In this document: piece by piece, positions 1 through 9,164 of the stretch
Numbering within the stretch: position 1 is the first letter of the stretch
Layout: each line of letters begins with the position of its first letter
Assembly: GCA_913043225.1 (NCBI GenBank)
Contig: CAJWLU010000002.1
Location: 128,001 to 192,000, forward strand
From: an uncultured Acidobacteriota bacterium
GTDB taxonomy: Bacteria; Acidobacteriota; Vicinamibacteria; Vicinamibacterales; UBA8438
Reading direction: 5' to 3'
Length of the DNA: 64,000 nucleotides
Program-made: the position numbers and the translations under genes
The notes under the pieces: generated by a model
What the model saw: only the letters and a program-made list of their open reading frames with translations
What the model was told of the DNA's origin: nothing
Databases searched by the model: none

Positions 1-708
1 TACGTTCTGGGTCTGGGTGCCGAGCGCTTCGTGCCAGGCCTCGATGACGTAGTCACCCGGAGGCAGCGTGCTGATGTCGAACATCCCGTCGGTTCCCGTC
101 ACTCCGAAGTACGGGTGGTCGAGCACGCCGACGTAGGCGTTCATCCAGCCGTGCACGTCGCATTTGAACGGCACCATCACCTCGGCGGCGTTGAAGGTGC
201 GTTCGAACTCCATGCCCTGGATCGGCTGTCCCATGTTGAACTCTTCGTTCGCCGCAGGAGTGGCGTGGATGTTGTGCAGCGTCGCGTCGCTGTTGATGAT
301 CTTCAGGGTTTGGCCCACCTGCAAGCCCAGGACGTGTGGGGTGTAGCGGCAACCTTCCTGGTTGAGGGTGATTACGTCGCTGGAGGTCGGGAAGCTCTGT
401 CCCTCAAGCCCTTCCTTTACGTAGACGAACACGTTGCCGAGGTGTCCATCGCTGCCCACGAAGGTGTTCGACATGGTTTCGGTCGCTGCCTCGACGCATG
501 CCGGGTCGGAGGCCATCATGAGCTCTTCAGCCGCCGGGAGCTCGCCGTCGATCATCACCATACCCGACACGTTGCCTGCCGTAGTGGGATCGAAGGCGGG
601 GGCTGCCGGTGCCGCAGGTGCCGACGAGGTCGGTGCGTCGCCACCGCCGCCGCAGGCGGCCGCCATCACGAGCACGGAAAGGACCGTCCACAGTTTTCGA
701 TGATGCAT
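1..708 (-). CDS. Lipoprotein with cupredoxin-like and carboxypeptidase-regulatory-like domains (3' end outside window)
   Basis: Not in ORF track. Hand translation from ATG 708 (RBS AGGAG): MHHRKLWTVLSVLVMAAACGGG (lipobox) ... NQEGCRYTPHV ... LHNIH ... FKCDVHGWM ... LPPGDYVIEAWHE. Frame stays open to the edge. Confidence 0.8.
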   Translation of the reverse strand, partial: MHHRKLWTVLSVLVMAAACGGGGDAPTSSAPAAPAAPAFDPTTAGNVSGMVMIDGELPAAEELMMASDPACVEAATETMSNTFVGSDGHLGNVFVYVKEGLEGQSFPTSSDVITLNQEGCRYTPHVLGLQVGQTLKIINSDATLHNIHATPAANEEFNMGQPIQGMEFERTFNAAEVMVPFKCDVHGWMNAYVGVLDHPYFGVTGTDGMFDISTLPPGDYVIEAWHEALGTQTQNV

Positions 709-852
709 TGAGATTCTCCTACACGTGTAAATCTGATTCGGTTGGTGATGTGACGGGTCGCGCCGATCGTCCGTCCGACCCTGAGTGGAACATCGAGGAC
801 CAAACAAGCGTCTAAGTATAGCGTCGCGGTGGGCCGAGGCCAAGCCCAAGTA

Positions 853-2232
853 CTAGTTCACAGCTCTGAGCTTCCGATTGATTCGGTCTTCAATCCAGTT
901 CGGGTCCCACCACTCCATGGGTGTGACCGGTCGTCCGTGCAGAAGCATGGCGAAGTGCAGGTGGTCGCCTCCGGCCAGGCCCGTGGTGCCGCTGCGCCCC
1001 AGTACGGTCTCGGCGGTCACCGCGTCTCCCACCTGCACGTCGAGTGACGACAGATGCGCGTAGAGCGACTGCAAGCCGAGGCCATGGTCGACGATCACGC
1101 AGTTTCCGTAGATCCCGAAGTAGTCGGCGAAGATGACACGTCCCGCATTGGCGGACGCGATTGGCACGTTGGCTGTGGCCGCTAGGTCGAAGCCCAGATG
1201 CACCTGCTGGTCGACGTCGCGCCCGTCATAGACGTAGGTCCGGTAGTCGGCAAAGCCAGATTCGACCTGCGAGTTGCCCAGTTGGCGGAACGGTTCTGAC
1301 CAGAGCTTCGTCTCGGCGGTCTCGGCGGCGAGGCCCAACAGCCGGTCTCGGTTCAGCTGTCGCAGCCCACCATTGATGGCCAGATATTGCTCCAGCAGTC
1401 CCGCGTCTGGTGGCATCGCCACCCTGCGGAGTTCTTCGCTCCGCTCGACGATCTCCGGTACCACCTGGGACAGGAAGCGATCGCTCAGCGGGATCCGTGA
1501 CCGCCGGAAGCGCCTTGGGAAGACACGGTGGTCGAAATCGATCTCGGCCTCGTTACCCGCCTCATCTCGAGCATAGAGCCGCATCGGAGAGTTCAGCTCT
1601 TGGTCGTGGAGCAGGGCAAAGGTCGACACCCGGAGTGATTCGTCGGCGCCCTCGACGCCGGCCGCCGACGCGGGATAGCCGGGAAATCTGAGGTCCGCCA
1701 CCCTGACGCCGGACTCGGCATCGGGTGGGGTGACTCGATACACGATTACCTCGGCCCCGCCGAGATTGACGTAGTGCAGCGACGAGACGACCGAAAGCCG
1801 CGGTGGTTCGAAGCGGGCGACGATGTCGTGCTGGGCCGTGCTCGTGGCTTGGCGCAGACCGAACAGGACTGCCCGAGTCGCCTCCACAACCACAGTGGCT
1901 GGACCCTGAGAGAGCTCAAGGTAATCCTCCCTGGTCAGGGCGCGCGTTACCCGGAAACGGCTCTCGCTTTCCTGGTTCACGGTGGCTTGCTCGGGGGTGG
2001 CGAGCGAGAACAGCGGAATGCTCAGCTCACCCTGCGTCAGGTGCGCGGTCAGAGCGAGCAACTCGCCGTTGCCCGTGTCCACTGAGGCCTCGAACTGGCC
2101 GATCTGGCCGATGAAACGGGTGGGTTGATGAATTTCTACCGTGGGGCCTTCGGCCCGCCCCGCGCCGACCCAGAGCCCGACCCCGAGTGCGAGGCCGGCT
2201 AGGAGCACTAGGGTGCTCAGGAGTCGTAGCAC
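853..2232 (-). CDS. M23 family metallopeptidase with N-terminal membrane anchor
   Basis: HLGFD, YGNCVIVDHG, YAHLS and GDHLHF zinc motifs. Confidence 0.9.
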   Translation of the reverse strand: MLRLLSTLVLLAGLALGVGLWVGAGRAEGPTVEIHQPTRFIGQIGQFEASVDTGNGELLALTAHLTQGELSIPLFSLATPEQATVNQESESRFRVTRALTREDYLELSQGPATVVVEATRAVLFGLRQATSTAQHDIVARFEPPRLSVVSSLHYVNLGGAEVIVYRVTPPDAESGVRVADLRFPGYPASAAGVEGADESLRVSTFALLHDQELNSPMRLYARDEAGNEAEIDFDHRVFPRRFRRSRIPLSDRFLSQVVPEIVERSEELRRVAMPPDAGLLEQYLAINGGLRQLNRDRLLGLAAETAETKLWSEPFRQLGNSQVESGFADYRTYVYDGRDVDQQVHLGFDLAATANVPIASANAGRVIFADYFGIYGNCVIVDHGLGLQSLYAHLSSLDVQVGDAVTAETVLGRSGTTGLAGGDHLHFAMLLHGRPVTPMEWWDPNWIEDRINRKLRAVN

Positions 2233-2258
2233 GAATGCATTGTACAGGACACCTCAGA

Positions 2259-2287
2259 TTGACCCGATAAGAGAGGCGCTCTAAGAT
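2259..2287 (+). promoter_or_regulatory. sigma70 promoter of tRNA-Glu
   Basis: TTGACC-N17-TAAGAT just upstream of the tRNA. Confidence 0.65.
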
Positions 2288-2313
2288 ATGGACAGCGATA
2301 CGGTGGCGAGTGT

Positions 2314-2388
2314 GGCGGTATCGTCTAGGGGTTAGGATACATGGTTCTCAGCCATGGGACCGGGGTTCGAATCCCCGTACCGCTACCA
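2314..2388 (+). tRNA. tRNA-Glu (anticodon CTC)
   Basis: Acceptor stem GGCGGTA/TACCGCT, anticodon arm CATGG-TTCTCAG-CCATG, T arm CGGGG-TTCGAAT-CCCCG, encoded CCA. Confidence 0.95.
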
Positions 2389-2432
2389 ATTCTCCAGCCT
2401 TTAACCTGTCGTCCGTGACGCTACCCGGCGAT

Positions 2433-4439
2433 TCACGCCGACTCGAAGGTCCTCTCCGGCCGAGGGGTCCGTAACAACCGCAGGCCGTTCAACGTGACCA
2501 GAATGGTCGTCCCGACGTCGGCCGCCACCGCCATCCACATTGTCCCAAGGCCAGCAATTACCAGTCCGAGGAAAACGACCTTCAAGCCGATCGCGATCGC
2601 GATATTGGTCTGAACTCGGTTCATCGCCACTCGGCTCAGTTTCAACGCAAACGGCAATCGCCGAAGATCCCCGCCGAGGAGGGTGATATCCGCGCTTTCG
2701 AGTGCCTGATCGGTGCCACCGGCCGTTCCCCCCAGCGCGATGCCGACATCGGCCGTTGCGAGCGCCGGCGCGTCATTGAGGCCATCACCGACCATGGCGA
2801 CTTTGCCTAACTCGTTTCTGAGTGACTGAATGGCCTCAACCTTGTCCTCCGGCAGCAAGTCTGCGACCGTTTCGGCCAGGCCCAGCTCAGAACCTACTTT
2901 CTCCGCGGTCTGTGAACTGTCGCCCGTAAGCATGACCAATTTCAATCGCATCCTTCTGAGCATCTGGAGCGCTTCCTGGCTCGTCCTACGAATTGAGTCA
3001 GAGAGGGTAAGAAGTCCAAGGTAGCTTCCCTCGGCGCTGACGAGAACAGGGGTCAGGCCTTCGGCGGCCGCCTCCCCCGCGTGCCGGCAATGGTCAGCAT
3101 CGTGCGGGATGCTCTCGTCGAAATAGCGATGGCTTCCGACCTCTACGTGGCGGCCGTCGACTTGGCCGACCATGCCTTGTCCGGCAAGTGCCGCGACATT
3201 CGCGGCGACCGGGTAGTAAGTTTCGACCCCTCTGTGGACCGATTCGTCGACGATGGCTCGTGCCAGCGGATGCTCACTTCGACGCCCGACCGCGCTCACG
3301 AGGGCGACCAGGTCGTTGCAGTCGGTGCAGTCGTCGCCACCGCAATCGTGGCAACGGGCTGCACGCACGCTGACCACGGTCGGTGCGCCTTCGGTGAGAG
3401 TACCCGTTTTGTCAAAGGCGACCGCCCGGACTTGGCTCAGCTCTTCCAGCCCGAGACCACCCTTGAAGAGCACTCCGAATCGAGCCCCGTTGGTGATAGC
3501 CGAGATGATGCAGACCGGTGTGCTTAGCACGAGGGCACAGGGGCACGCGACGACTAGGAGGGTTAGGCCGCGGTAGAGCCAGCCGTTGGAGGCGAGCGAC
3601 GTGTCGATGAACGTCTCGCCAAAGAACAGCGGTGGCCCCACGGCTACGACCAATGCGAGGGCGGCGACAATCGGCGTATAGACCTGAGCGAATCGGTCGA
3701 CAAATCTTTGAGCGGGTGCTTTACGCTCGTGCGCATCCTCGATCAGCCGGATCATCCGGCTGATGGTCGTGTCCGATGCCGGTCGGCTCACTACCACCTC
3801 TAGCGCACCAGGTCCGTTCACGGTCCCTGCGTAGACGGTGTCGCCTGCGCTTAGTTCGACCAAACGGCTTTCTCCGGTGATCGGCGCCTGGTTCACCATC
3901 GAGCTACCCAACGCGATTACCCCATCCATTGGGATTCGTTCGCCTGGCCGAATGACGATGCGGTCGCCGACCTCGAGAGCGCCTACCGGAACCCGCTGCG
4001 GTTCTGCTGCGGATCCCCGAAGGCGAGTGGCCTCTTCCGGAGCCACTTGCATGAGGTCCCGTATTGACTGTCTGGCCCGGCGAGAGGCGTGTGATTCGAG
4101 TAGCTCGCCCACAGAAAATAGGACCATCACCATCGCCGCTTCGGTGTAGGCGCCGATGAAGACCGCGCCGATCGCGGCGGTCGTCATGAGGACGTTGATA
4201 TTGAGCTGTCTTCGTCGGACTAGCGACTGAAACGCGCTGATCATCACCGGCCAGCCGGCGACCGCGAGGGCTGCCAATGAGCAGTATTCAACCAGTCCCG
4301 ACTCTCTGGCCAGGACTTCTGTCCAGATGAGGCCAGGAAGAACGAGCACGGCGCCCAGAGCGGCCAATTGTCCCTCCGGGCTGTGGCTAAGGTGGTGGAT
4401 GAATGAGGGATGACTTGGCAAGGGGGCTGCTTTCTTCAT
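2433..4439 (-). CDS. cadA: Heavy-metal (Zn/Cd/Pb) P1B-2-type ATPase
   Basis: TGES, CPC, DKTGT, SEHP and GDGLNDAP motifs; Lys (GLKVV) and Asp (ADVG) in the last two helices; no N-terminal HMA domain. Confidence 0.9.
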   Translation of the reverse strand: MKKAAPLPSHPSFIHHLSHSPEGQLAALGAVLVLPGLIWTEVLARESGLVEYCSLAALAVAGWPVMISAFQSLVRRRQLNINVLMTTAAIGAVFIGAYTEAAMVMVLFSVGELLESHASRRARQSIRDLMQVAPEEATRLRGSAAEPQRVPVGALEVGDRIVIRPGERIPMDGVIALGSSMVNQAPITGESRLVELSAGDTVYAGTVNGPGALEVVVSRPASDTTISRMIRLIEDAHERKAPAQRFVDRFAQVYTPIVAALALVVAVGPPLFFGETFIDTSLASNGWLYRGLTLLVVACPCALVLSTPVCIISAITNGARFGVLFKGGLGLEELSQVRAVAFDKTGTLTEGAPTVVSVRAARCHDCGGDDCTDCNDLVALVSAVGRRSEHPLARAIVDESVHRGVETYYPVAANVAALAGQGMVGQVDGRHVEVGSHRYFDESIPHDADHCRHAGEAAAEGLTPVLVSAEGSYLGLLTLSDSIRRTSQEALQMLRRMRLKLVMLTGDSSQTAEKVGSELGLAETVADLLPEDKVEAIQSLRNELGKVAMVGDGLNDAPALATADVGIALGGTAGGTDQALESADITLLGGDLRRLPFALKLSRVAMNRVQTNIAIAIGLKVVFLGLVIAGLGTMWMAVAADVGTTILVTLNGLRLLRTPRPERTFESA

Positions 4440-4660
4440 CGTTGCAGACCTGCGAGCGGTGACGCGAGGTGGCGTGGCCTAGCCTGTTCGCCAATCGGCG
4501 TGCGCCGCAGTGCTCGCCTGGCAAGGCAGGTACGGCGCGTACCCACAGCTGGGAAGGTGTTGCTTCGGTGGCGGGAGACTAACTGCGGGTGTCTCCCGCC
4601 ACCATCGTCTAGGTCCTGCTGGAAAAGCCGCGTTGCAGGATCGCGGCGTTCAGCTAACCC

Positions 4661-5668
4661 CTACTGGTCACCCGCCACGCTGACGCGGATCCGATACAGC
4701 CCGGTGCGAGCCGTCATGTACAGGGTGCGACGGTCGTCGTCGCCGAAGGCGACGTTGGCCGGCACCTCTGTCGGCTTGATCGTCCCGAGATGGCGTCCGT
4801 CCGGAGCGATGACCCACACGCCACCAGGGCCGGTGGCCCACAGGTTGCCTTGGACGTCCACCTTGAGCCCATCGGGCGCACCTGGCTCATCCACGCCGCT
4901 GGCGTCGAGCAACAGCTCAGCTTCTCCCAGCGTTCCGTCTGCTTCGACGTCGTACGTATTCCACAAGCCAGCTGAGCTGTCGGCAACATACAGCCGTGAC
5001 TCATCAGGTGCGAACGCGATCCCGTTTGGCCCCTCTTGGTCTGTTAGCCGGGTCACTTCGCCATCAGGGGCGAGGCGATAGACGCCGTTGACATCCTGTG
5101 CGCGATCGTCTGGCGTCGGTAGCCCATAAGGAGGATCGGTGAAATACAGTGTGCCGTTCGAGTGATAGTCGAGATCGTTAGGGCTGTTGAACCGCCCACC
5201 CCCATAGGTGTCGGCCACGACGCTGCGGGTGCCGTCGGCTGCGATCCGAGAGACCCTTCCATTGAAGTGTTCGGTGAAGACGATGTTCCCTAAGGGATCT
5301 ACGGTGATGCCGTTCGAACCGACCAGCCGCCCGTCCTCGTGCTCTCCCTCGAAGACCGGAGCCAGGAAGTCGCTGACGGTGCCGTCCTGCTCCCACTTGA
5401 CGATCCTGTTGCCTGGAATGTCGCTGAACAGGAGAAAGCCGTCTTCAGCGTCGACCCACACGGGACCTTCCGTGAAGCCGAACCCGTCCGCGAGATGCTC
5501 GATCACAGCGTCGGTCGGCACCAATTCGTCGAATGCCGGGTCTAGCCGCTCAATCGTCCCGGCGCTTGGCGTGGGCGCAGGCGTGGGTTCGGTCTCTTCA
5601 GTGGGTTCGGCTCCACCGCCACACGATACGGCGACCGCCAGGATCGCCACTAACCACCATTTCTGCAT
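4661..5668 (-). CDS. SMP-30/gluconolactonase family lipoprotein
   Basis: Lipobox AVSC; FTEGPVW, FNSPND, PNGIAF and PDGLKVD motifs; RBS AGGAGG. Confidence 0.88.
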   Translation of the reverse strand: MQKWWLVAILAVAVSCGGGAEPTEETEPTPAPTPSAGTIERLDPAFDELVPTDAVIEHLADGFGFTEGPVWVDAEDGFLLFSDIPGNRIVKWEQDGTVSDFLAPVFEGEHEDGRLVGSNGITVDPLGNIVFTEHFNGRVSRIAADGTRSVVADTYGGGRFNSPNDLDYHSNGTLYFTDPPYGLPTPDDRAQDVNGVYRLAPDGEVTRLTDQEGPNGIAFAPDESRLYVADSSAGLWNTYDVEADGTLGEAELLLDASGVDEPGAPDGLKVDVQGNLWATGPGGVWVIAPDGRHLGTIKPTEVPANVAFGDDDRRTLYMTARTGLYRIRVSVAGDQ

Positions 5669-5689
5669 CACAGTCCTCCTGGGATTGCG

Positions 5690-6619
5690 CTACTGGCTAT
5701 CCAGCGTGACGAACGCGAGCGCGTAGTTGGGGTTCATGGGAATGACAAGTTGGTTCTGCGTCGAGTCGTAGCACATGGACGCGGCGCTGGGGATACCTGA
5801 AGCGATGATCTCCGCATCTCCACCCGGCGGAATCCTGGACACGCTGCCGTAGCGGACGCTGCTCACATACTTGGTCCCATCGGCGGTGACCACGACCCCA
5901 TCACTGCCCCCCTCTCCACTCTGTTCCATCCGCGCGACCGTACCGTCTTGGCTGTAAGTGATGACGGCGCTGTCACCGACGTTGACCACGACGATGTTTC
6001 CGTCCTGGTCGATGGCAACGCCGTTCGGGGCATTGAGGGGAGTACCCTCTGCGAACAATGATGTTTCGCCGTTTGCGGTAACTTTCCACATTTGGCTGAC
6101 GGGTCGCGTGTTTGAGGCGTATATAGTCCCGTCGTCCGCAACGGCGATGCCGTTCAATAACGTCGAGCCGGGGACGGGAACCGCTCGCAAGGGGCGGCCA
6201 GTCTCAAGGTCGAAGAGTCGTACGTGCCCGGAATCAACCGTGTAGAGGACACCATTACTGATGGCGCTGCCCAGCGGATCGTGGAGCTCCAGGCCGTCCC
6301 GGGTGGCGCCGATCCACTTGGGGGTGTGGACACTTCCGTCGGGATGGATGAGGGAGACGTAGCCATCGTTGTCGTTGGGAGCGGTCCGATTACCGGCATT
6401 CATGGCCAAGATCAGGTTCTTTCCGGGATCGAACGTGCAGCTCTCTGTGAAGTGGAAGCTTCCATATACCTTCACGTTGTCTGACATCGGTCGCCACTCT
6501 CCAGCTTCGCTGCGTGCGCCGATGGGTTCGCCGGCCGAGAAATCTTGAGCGGCCGCCGGGACCACGATGGACATGGCGATGGACGCCACGTGTATCAATC
6601 TCAAACCTACTGATCGCAT
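5690..6619 (-). CDS. Secreted SMP-30/NHL-like beta-propeller protein
   Basis: Signal peptide (AAAQ); repeated LNGIAV, PNGVAI and DGVVVT blades; start chosen from AAGGA RBS. Confidence 0.7.
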   Translation of the reverse strand: MRSVGLRLIHVASIAMSIVVPAAAQDFSAGEPIGARSEAGEWRPMSDNVKVYGSFHFTESCTFDPGKNLILAMNAGNRTAPNDNDGYVSLIHPDGSVHTPKWIGATRDGLELHDPLGSAISNGVLYTVDSGHVRLFDLETGRPLRAVPVPGSTLLNGIAVADDGTIYASNTRPVSQMWKVTANGETSLFAEGTPLNAPNGVAIDQDGNIVVVNVGDSAVITYSQDGTVARMEQSGEGGSDGVVVTADGTKYVSSVRYGSVSRIPPGGDAEIIASGIPSAASMCYDSTQNQLVIPMNPNYALAFVTLDSQ

Positions 6620-6645
6620 CGTTTTTCCTTTCATGGTTTCTTCCA

Positions 6646-7035
6646 TTAATGACACTGCTGGTCATAACAGAGCTTGAAGTTCCGGGTATGGGCAAACGCG
6701 ATGATGGTTGCCCCCAACACCGTCGTCACCTTTTCTCCTGTTTCTCCGAGGCCGTCATGGCCGAGGATCACGGCAAGCGACAGCACTAGGAGGCCCAGTA
6801 GGCCGGTCGCGAAGACCGCGACACGTTTGTGCTGGCGACACCCCAGACCGAGAGCCAGCATGCTAGTGGGCAAGACCGCAAATAGTAGCGCATAGTGGAA
6901 CAGCTCGTCCTCAAGCACCGTCGCACCAAAAGCCGGCAAGAGCGTTACCGCGACGGGGGTGAGGAAACAGTGGGCGGTACACACAAGTGAGAAACCGATG
7001 GCGGCTTTGTCGATGGTGGTCTGCGAGGTCTTCAT
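6646..7035 (-). CDS. MerC-domain membrane protein
   Basis: DKAAIGFSLVCTAHC motif, four hydrophobic segments, AHxxN near the C-terminus. Confidence 0.8.
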   Translation of the reverse strand: MKTSQTTIDKAAIGFSLVCTAHCFLTPVAVTLLPAFGATVLEDELFHYALLFAVLPTSMLALGLGCRQHKRVAVFATGLLGLLVLSLAVILGHDGLGETGEKVTTVLGATIIAFAHTRNFKLCYDQQCH

Positions 7036-7313
7036 AGATTGCTTCCTGACTTCAGCTAACAATCTGGTACGAGCGGAGCATTCTGGTTCCTACGCCAAAA
7101 GCGAGCAGCATCGGTAGCACCAGTCACACGACTCCTCCGGATACGCGCTCCAGAATCACAAGCGACGACTTCCCCTGTTCGTAGCTTTCAGCATTGTCTT
7201 CTCGCCGGATTCAATGGACCCCAGATGTCAGATCGCGCCGCGATCGACGCAAGAAACGGCCATCAACGGACGCGACTACCTAACAGTAGTTGAGAGACGT
7301 ACGAACGACGGAC

Positions 7314-7607
7314 TTACAGTGAGAGGAATCGTGGGGGCCCGCGCGAGAAGTACACGCCGTCGAGTACATCGCGCTTGGTGTCGAACTGCTCTGGAGACAG
7401 GGTACGCGCGCTAGCTTGGAGCTCGGCGCCCGTCTGCGGTGTCTCGGTGGTGGAGGTGTAATACGCGTGACAGACGGCGCAATGGTCCTCGACTGAACCG
7501 GCCTCGTGGCCGTGAAGGAACGCACTGGCGGATCCAATCGCTAGCGCGACCAGTATCACCGAGGCGGCCAGGGTCAGCCACCGCCGCTGGGGCATTAAGA
7601 CCATCAC
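7314..7607 (-). CDS. DUF2946-like small exported metal-binding protein with C-terminal RGPP motif
   Basis: Signal/TM segment, HGH...HCAVCH, C-terminal FSRGPP; TTGACA at 7636-7641 upstream. Confidence 0.7.
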   Translation of the reverse strand: MMVLMPQRRWLTLAASVILVALAIGSASAFLHGHEAGSVEDHCAVCHAYYTSTTETPQTGAELQASARTLSPEQFDTKRDVLDGVYFSRGPPRFLSL

Positions 7608-7656
7608 ATCTTTTCTAGGCTTAGACCCAGTGGTTTGTCAAGCAGGCTAGTTCTGA

Positions 7657-7889
7657 CTATTCGGTCCAGAGTAGAACGTGTTCACGGTCGCCGTTCTCGC
7701 GGGTGAAGCTGATCCGGGCTTTTTTGAGAGTAGTCTCGTCGATGTCGACGTTGCTGAGAAACACGCAGGTGCTGAGGCCGATCAGCACCTGCACACCGAT
7801 GAGTCTGAAGACGGCCAGGGTCGTCAGGTCATGATGACGGTGCGCCGGGTAGACCGGCGCCCGGGCCGCGGAGAAGCGGTGGCGGTCAT
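7657..7889 (-). pseudogene. Probable degraded membrane-protein gene (frameshifted)
   Basis: MTATASPRPGRRSTRRTVIMT* continues in another frame as hydrophobic LTTLAVFRLIGVQVLIGLS...EHVLLWTE*. Confidence 0.35.
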
Positions 7890-7952
7890 CTATCCACGGT
7901 GACGACAGTGAGTGTCGAAGTCCCACCTGACGCCAAGCGGAGAGAACCCGTG

Positions 7953-9137
7953 TTAGCGCCGATAGCCGTTCTTGCGCAGCCGCTTTGCGGCATTGACGCC
8001 GCGCCGGTCGCGGCCGTCGTCGCACAGGTCTTCGGCTCGGTTGTAGTAGTCGCGGGCCAAGCTCCGATCGCCCGACAGGTCGGCGAGCTTACCAAGTTCC
8101 AGATGCGTGCGCCCCTGCACCCAGAGCCGAGCGTCGTACTCGAGCGCCATCAGCAGATCGTCCTGGGCTGGACCATCGCGATCTAGCTCCAGCCAGGTGG
8201 CGCCACGCAGGTAGTGCCAGAGCGCCTCTTCACCGAACATGCGCACCCGCTTGTCTGTTTTCATCCGGTCGAAGCCCTCGCTGAGACGAGCGGCCGCCAG
8301 GGCCGGTCGGTCGTCCCGGAGGGCGGTGGCGGCCGTCTCCAGCCAGAGCAGCCGGTTGCGTGGGTATTGCCGGCGGAGGGTTCTGAGCACGCGCTGGGCT
8401 GCGCCGAATCGACCTTCCCGGTTGTAGAGCAGGACCAGACCGAACTGCGCTTCGCTCCCAATCTCACCTCCGGCCTCGGCTGCCTGCCGGATCAGGTCGA
8501 GGCCCTGTTGTCGGTTCGCGCCGAATCCCACCAGCCTCGCCATCATCCGGACCGGGAACGGGAGCGTCGAGACCAGGTAGCGATAGGTGCCGACCACCAG
8601 CATCGCGTCCTTCCGACCAGGTTCTAGCTCCAGCACCTTCTCGTGCGCCGAGTAAGCGGCTTTGGCCGGTCGCAACGCCGCCAACGTTTTGCCCTCGATG
8701 GTAGCTATGTAGGAGGCCGCCAACGCCAGCGACGCCCCGAGCTCGTAGTAGGCGTTCGGATCCCGCGGCGCGGTATCGACCAGCGCCTCAGAGAGTGCGA
8801 TCGCCCTTTCCGAATGGGTCCTGAAGATTTCCGCCAACTCCTCGGGCGGCTTCGGCATGTCACGGTTCTTCGGGGTGACGCTACTCAGGTAGTCGTCGAT
8901 TGTCATCGACCCACGTAGGAACAGGATCCGCATCCAGGTGATGGCGGCCAGGCTTCGGTGGGCCGCAGGGCTACCGGGATTCTCCGCAACCGCCTGCTGC
9001 AGCGTTACGATTGCCTCGTCATGGTCGAGGTTGTACGCCTGTTCGAAGCCGAGGAGCAGTGAGTCATCCGGCTCTGCCGACAGAGAAGCGGCAGCAGCGA
9101 GAGACACGACGAGCGGGAGGAGTAGCGTCCGGTACAT
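7953..9137 (-). CDS. Secreted TPR-repeat protein
   Basis: Signal peptide MYRTLLLPLVVSLAAAASLSA; AYNLDHDEA and repeated TPR-like helices. The track's 66-aa N-terminal extension is unlikely. Confidence 0.8.
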   Translation of the reverse strand: MYRTLLLPLVVSLAAAASLSAEPDDSLLLGFEQAYNLDHDEAIVTLQQAVAENPGSPAAHRSLAAITWMRILFLRGSMTIDDYLSSVTPKNRDMPKPPEELAEIFRTHSERAIALSEALVDTAPRDPNAYYELGASLALAASYIATIEGKTLAALRPAKAAYSAHEKVLELEPGRKDAMLVVGTYRYLVSTLPFPVRMMARLVGFGANRQQGLDLIRQAAEAGGEIGSEAQFGLVLLYNREGRFGAAQRVLRTLRRQYPRNRLLWLETAATALRDDRPALAAARLSEGFDRMKTDKRVRMFGEEALWHYLRGATWLELDRDGPAQDDLLMALEYDARLWVQGRTHLELGKLADLSGDRSLARDYYNRAEDLCDDGRDRRGVNAAKRLRKNGYRR

Positions 9138-9164
9138 GTGGAACCGTGCCCTATGATAGCGGAC

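Noticed and set aside
31..711. 226-aa plus-strand ORF, and many similar long antisense ORFs such as 51025-52677 and 60882-62264
   Set aside because: Shadow frames of real opposite-strand genes in GC-rich DNA; no recognizable motifs
7470..7485. CAVCH as a c-type heme site
   Set aside because: Protein size and the RGPP tail fit DUF2946-like metal-binding peptides better; no cytochrome context
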